In this document: piece after piece, positions 60,729-64,000 of the stretch
How the letters are laid out: the number at the start of each line of letters is the position of its first letter
Numbering within the stretch: position 1 is the stretch's first letter
From: an uncultured Bacilli bacterium
GTDB lineage: Bacteria; Bacillota_I; Bacilli_A; RF39; UBA660
Assembly (NCBI GenBank): GCA_944358415.1
Contig: CALVRA010000006.1
Coordinates: 4,142-68,141 of the forward strand
Direction of reading: 5' to 3'
Length of the DNA stretch: 64,000 bases
Notes under the pieces: model-generated
Database searches by the model: none
Told to the model about the DNA's origin: nothing
The model's input: only the letters and a program-made list of their open reading frames with translations
Program-made: the position numbers and the translations under genes

Positions 60729-62235
60729 AATATTTGGGTTTCTTATTATAAATATATGTATTATTTTAATATTACTTACAATGTATATTAATAATTCTTT
60801 TTCTAATGTTTCTTTTGAACAGCTTTTATTTAGTGCACAAACGGCTGAAGGTACTGATAGTGATATGATTATGAATGGTGTTATTTATATTGTGCCTAAA
60901 CTTTTATTAATTGATTTTTTAATTATTATTTATATATTTTTGAAAAAGAAATTTTTAAAAAATGAAGTTGCACTTAATTTTTATTTTAAAAGAAAAAGCA
61001 TTTCTTTTAATATTTTTCCAATTTCATTTAAGATGAAGGGTTTTTGTTTAATTGTTTTTATCTTTATATCTTTAGTTTATACTTGTAATGGTATTGGGCT
61101 TACTAATTATTTATTTTTTAGTAAAGATACACATTTTTTTGAAAAGTATTATGTAAATCCTAGCTCCGCTAAGATAAAAGCTCCTTCTAAAAAACGTAAT
61201 TTGATTTATATATATGTTGAATCTTTGGAAACATCTTTATTTTCTAAAGAAAATGGTGGCAATTTTAATGAAAGTATTATACCAAATTTAGAAAAAATAG
61301 CTAGAGATAATGTAAATTTTAGTAGTTCTGAGAAACTTGGTGGGGCAGTAATGCTTCCTGGAAGTACTTGGACGATTGCTGGAATTATTGCCCAGTCAGC
61401 AGGAATACCTTTAAAATTAGCTACATCTGATGGAAATGTTTATTGGAATTATGATAAGAATTTTTTACCTGGAGCTTATACTTTAGGAGAAGTTTTAGAA
61501 GATAGTGGGTATAGAAATTATTTTCTTTTGGGATCTAATGCCGGTTTTGGTGGTAGAAATTTATATTTTTCTCAGCACGGAAATTATACAATATATGATT
61601 ATTTATATGCTTTAAATCATAATTGGATTGATAAAGATTATAATGTTTGGTGGGGATATGAAGATAGTAAACTTTATAGTTTTGCGAAAAAAGAGCTTTT
61701 GAAAATTGCTGAATCTGAAGAGCCTTTTAACTTTACAATGCTTACTGCAGATACGCATCCTACTGATGGGTATTTAGATTCTTCTTGTTCAAAGAAATTT
61801 GATGAAAATTATTTGAACTCTTATGCATGTGCGGATAAAATGTTATCTGAGTTTGTTTCATGGATTAAAAAACAAGATTTATATGAAAATACTACTATTG
61901 TTATAGTTGGTGATCATTTAAGCATGCAAAGTAATTTAACTGATATGTTTGATATAGATAACGAAAGATATATTTATAATGCTTTTATTAATTCTAAGGT
62001 ACAAAAGAACAATAAAACAAGGTTATTTTCTTCGATGGATATTTATCCAACCGTTTTAGCGTCTTTAGGATTTAATATTGATGGCGATAGACTTGGTATT
62101 GGTACTAATTTATTTAGTGATAAAGAAACAGTTGCAGAAGAGATTGGCATAGATAAGCTTAATGATGAAATTAGCCATAAGTCTGAATATTATAATCAAA
62201 ATATTGTAATGGATGAGAAAATTAGTGAGAAATAA
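60697..62235 (+). CDS. LTA synthase/OpgB-like phosphoglycerol transferase (sulfatase fold)
   Basis: NLIYIYVESLE, WTIAG (catalytic Thr), TADTHP, VGDH; N-terminal TM segments. Confidence 0.85.
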   Translation: MEKVKRKRILKIFGFLIINICIILILLTMYINNSFSNVSFEQLLFSAQTAEGTDSDMIMNGVIYIVPKLLLIDFLIIIYIFLKKKFLKNEVALNFYFKRKSISFNIFPISFKMKGFCLIVFIFISLVYTCNGIGLTNYLFFSKDTHFFEKYYVNPSSAKIKAPSKKRNLIYIYVESLETSLFSKENGGNFNESIIPNLEKIARDNVNFSSSEKLGGAVMLPGSTWTIAGIIAQSAGIPLKLATSDGNVYWNYDKNFLPGAYTLGEVLEDSGYRNYFLLGSNAGFGGRNLYFSQHGNYTIYDYLYALNHNWIDKDYNVWWGYEDSKLYSFAKKELLKIAESEEPFNFTMLTADTHPTDGYLDSSCSKKFDENYLNSYACADKMLSEFVSWIKKQDLYENTTIVIVGDHLSMQSNLTDMFDIDNERYIYNAFINSKVQKNNKTRLFSSMDIYPTVLASLGFNIDGDRLGIGTNLFSDKETVAEEIGIDKLNDEISHKSEYYNQNIVMDEKISEK

Positions 62236-62286
62236 ATATAGCTTTTTAGCTATATTTTCTGTATAATTATTAGTGGAAGTGATGAA

Positions 62287-63375
62287 ATGAAAAAAGTTGT
62301 AGTTGGAATGAGTGGGGGAGTAGATAGTAGTGTAGCGGCTATTTTACTTCAAAAGCAAGGATATGAAGTTATAGGTTTATTTATGCGAAATTGGGATAGT
62401 ACTATTAATAATGATTTTTTAGGTAATCCTAATGATTTAAATGATATTTGTCCGCAGGAAAAAGATTATAATGATGCTTTAAAGGTTTGTAATAAATTAG
62501 GCATTCCTTTAAAAAGAGTGGATTTTGTTAAGGAATACTGGGATTATGTGTTTACTTATTTTTTGGATGAGCTTAAAAAAGGAAGAACACCTAATCCAGA
62601 TGTTATGTGTAATAAATATATTAAGTTTGATATGTTTGCGAAAGAAGCTTTTAAGTTAGGTGCAGATTATATTGCGACTGGTCATTATGCAAGGTTAATT
62701 GATGGAAAGCTTTATAAAGGATTAGATAAAAACAAAGATCAAAGTTATTTTTTATCACAAGTTTCTAAAAAACAATTGGAAAAGGTTTTGTTTCCGGTAG
62801 GAGAAATGGAAAAAAGCGAGGTTAGAAAAATAGCTCATGAATATGATTTGATTACTGCTGATAAAAAAGATTCTACTGGTATTTGTTTTATTGGTGAGAG
62901 AAATTTTAAGAAGTTTTTAGAGAATTATTTACCAAATAATCCTGGAGATATTGTAAATGTTGATACTGGTGAGGTATTGGGTAAGCATATAGGTTTAATG
63001 TATTATACAATTGGTCAAAGACGTGGCTTGAATGTTGGTGGAACTAAGGATAGATTATTTGTGTGTAAGAAAGATTTAGATAAAAATATTTTATATGTGG
63101 CTATGGGTGATGAAAATAAATATTTAATGAGCTATGCGTGTGAGATTGAAAAAGTTAATTTACTTGATGATTTACCTAGTAAGTGTATGGCTAAATTCAG
63201 ATATAGACAAGCTGATAATGAGGTTTATACTGAAAAATTAGAAAATGGCAATATTTTAGTTAAGTATCCACAAGGAGTTAAAGCGGTTACTGAGGGTCAG
63301 GCGTGTGTTTTATATAATGGTGATGAATGTTTAGGTGGAGGTATTATAAAAACAGTTTATAAGGAGAAAAGGTAA
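62287..63375 (+). CDS. mnmA: tRNA 2-thiouridylase
   Basis: [45 protein letters not shown]. Confidence 0.98.
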   Translation: MKKVVVGMSGGVDSSVAAILLQKQGYEVIGLFMRNWDSTINNDFLGNPNDLNDICPQEKDYNDALKVCNKLGIPLKRVDFVKEYWDYVFTYFLDELKKGRTPNPDVMCNKYIKFDMFAKEAFKLGADYIATGHYARLIDGKLYKGLDKNKDQSYFLSQVSKKQLEKVLFPVGEMEKSEVRKIAHEYDLITADKKDSTGICFIGERNFKKFLENYLPNNPGDIVNVDTGEVLGKHIGLMYYTIGQRRGLNVGGTKDRLFVCKKDLDKNILYVAMGDENKYLMSYACEIEKVNLLDDLPSKCMAKFRYRQADNEVYTEKLENGNILVKYPQGVKAVTEGQACVLYNGDECLGGGIIKTVYKEKR

Positions 63376-63378
63376 GTT

Positions 63379-64000
63379 ATGAAATCAAGGGTTATTTATT
63401 TTGATTTGATTAAAATTTTGGCTATTATAATGGTGGTGATTAATCATTCATATTGGTATGTTTCTAATGTGAGTGAAATAGGAGTTTATATTAATCAATT
63501 TTTACTTATGTTTAGTAAAGCAGCAGTTCCTTTGTTTTTTATGGTTTCTGGGGCTTTGCTTTTGAAAAAGAAGACTAGTTATAAAGAAATTTTTTGTAAA
63601 AGAATTTTTAGAATGGTTATTGCTTTAGTTTTAATTTGTATTTTATGGACTTTATATAATAATCAGAGTTTGATATCGCTTATTCCTTATTTGTTTAATG
63701 GCAGTAGTGAGGATTTTATTCCTTACTGGAGCTGGTATTTATATGCAATGATAGCACTCTACTTAATGACGCCCTTTTTACAGAAAATGCTTAAAAATTT
63801 TAATAATAATGATTATCTTGTTTTTATTGGATTATTTTTGCTTTTGCCATCTTTTTTAAAGTTTGTTAGTGCGATTTTACCTATTTTATTAGGTAAGAGT
63901 ATTGTGTTTAATTCTGAAGTTTTAGATATTATGTTTCCAATACAGATTGGTTATTTTGTGACAGGTTATTATTTATCTAATTTAGAGATTAAAAGTAAAT
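63379..64000 (+). CDS. Acyltransferase-3 family protein (3'-truncated by window edge)
   Basis: MKSRVIYFDLIKILAIIMVVINH...AVPLFFMVSGALLL...WYLY read directly from the sequence. Confidence 0.85.
   Translation, partial: MKSRVIYFDLIKILAIIMVVINHSYWYVSNVSEIGVYINQFLLMFSKAAVPLFFMVSGALLLKKKTSYKEIFCKRIFRMVIALVLICILWTLYNNQSLISLIPYLFNGSSEDFIPYWSWYLYAMIALYLMTPFLQKMLKNFNNNDYLVFIGLFLLLPSFLKFVSAILPILLGKSIVFNSEVLDIMFPIQIGYFVTGYYLSNLEIKSK

Overview
Very AT-rich chromosomal window from a walled, spore-forming, reduced-genome Bacillota member; gene content and order resemble uncultured RF39-like Bacilli (inference). The genetic code is standard: TGA is used as a stop. In order, the window holds: the end of the spoVA operon; an SOS-box-preceded orphan+uvrA operon; a 3 kb decay zone (LCP fragment, internally deleted tnpB element, DUF4143 ATPase pseudogene) with an intact XRE regulator, twin operators and a secreted protein; rpsL-rpsG-fusA-tuf; hisS-aspS followed by two tandem, catalytically degenerate ClpX-like AAA+ paralogs, ttcA and a probable 6S RNA; housekeeping genes (rnhC, cvpA-like, trxA, dCMP deaminase, lspA, RluA-family synthase, rhomboid); a large GH73 autolysin; a stand-alone MuF-C/PBECR-like gene with an overlapping candidate antisense sRNA; a kinase-less PASTA protein; a ~26 kb ribitol-phosphate cell-wall glycopolymer locus rich in GT-C and acyltransferase decoration genes; spoIVB, a 29-aa membrane peptide, spoIIM, an LTA-synthase-family gene, mnmA and a partial acyltransferase. 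No CRISPR array, tRNA or rRNA was seen. The best novelty candidates are the pseudo-ClpX pair, the MuF-C/sRNA module and the XRE operator switch. All family assignments come from motif recognition by eye, not database searches.
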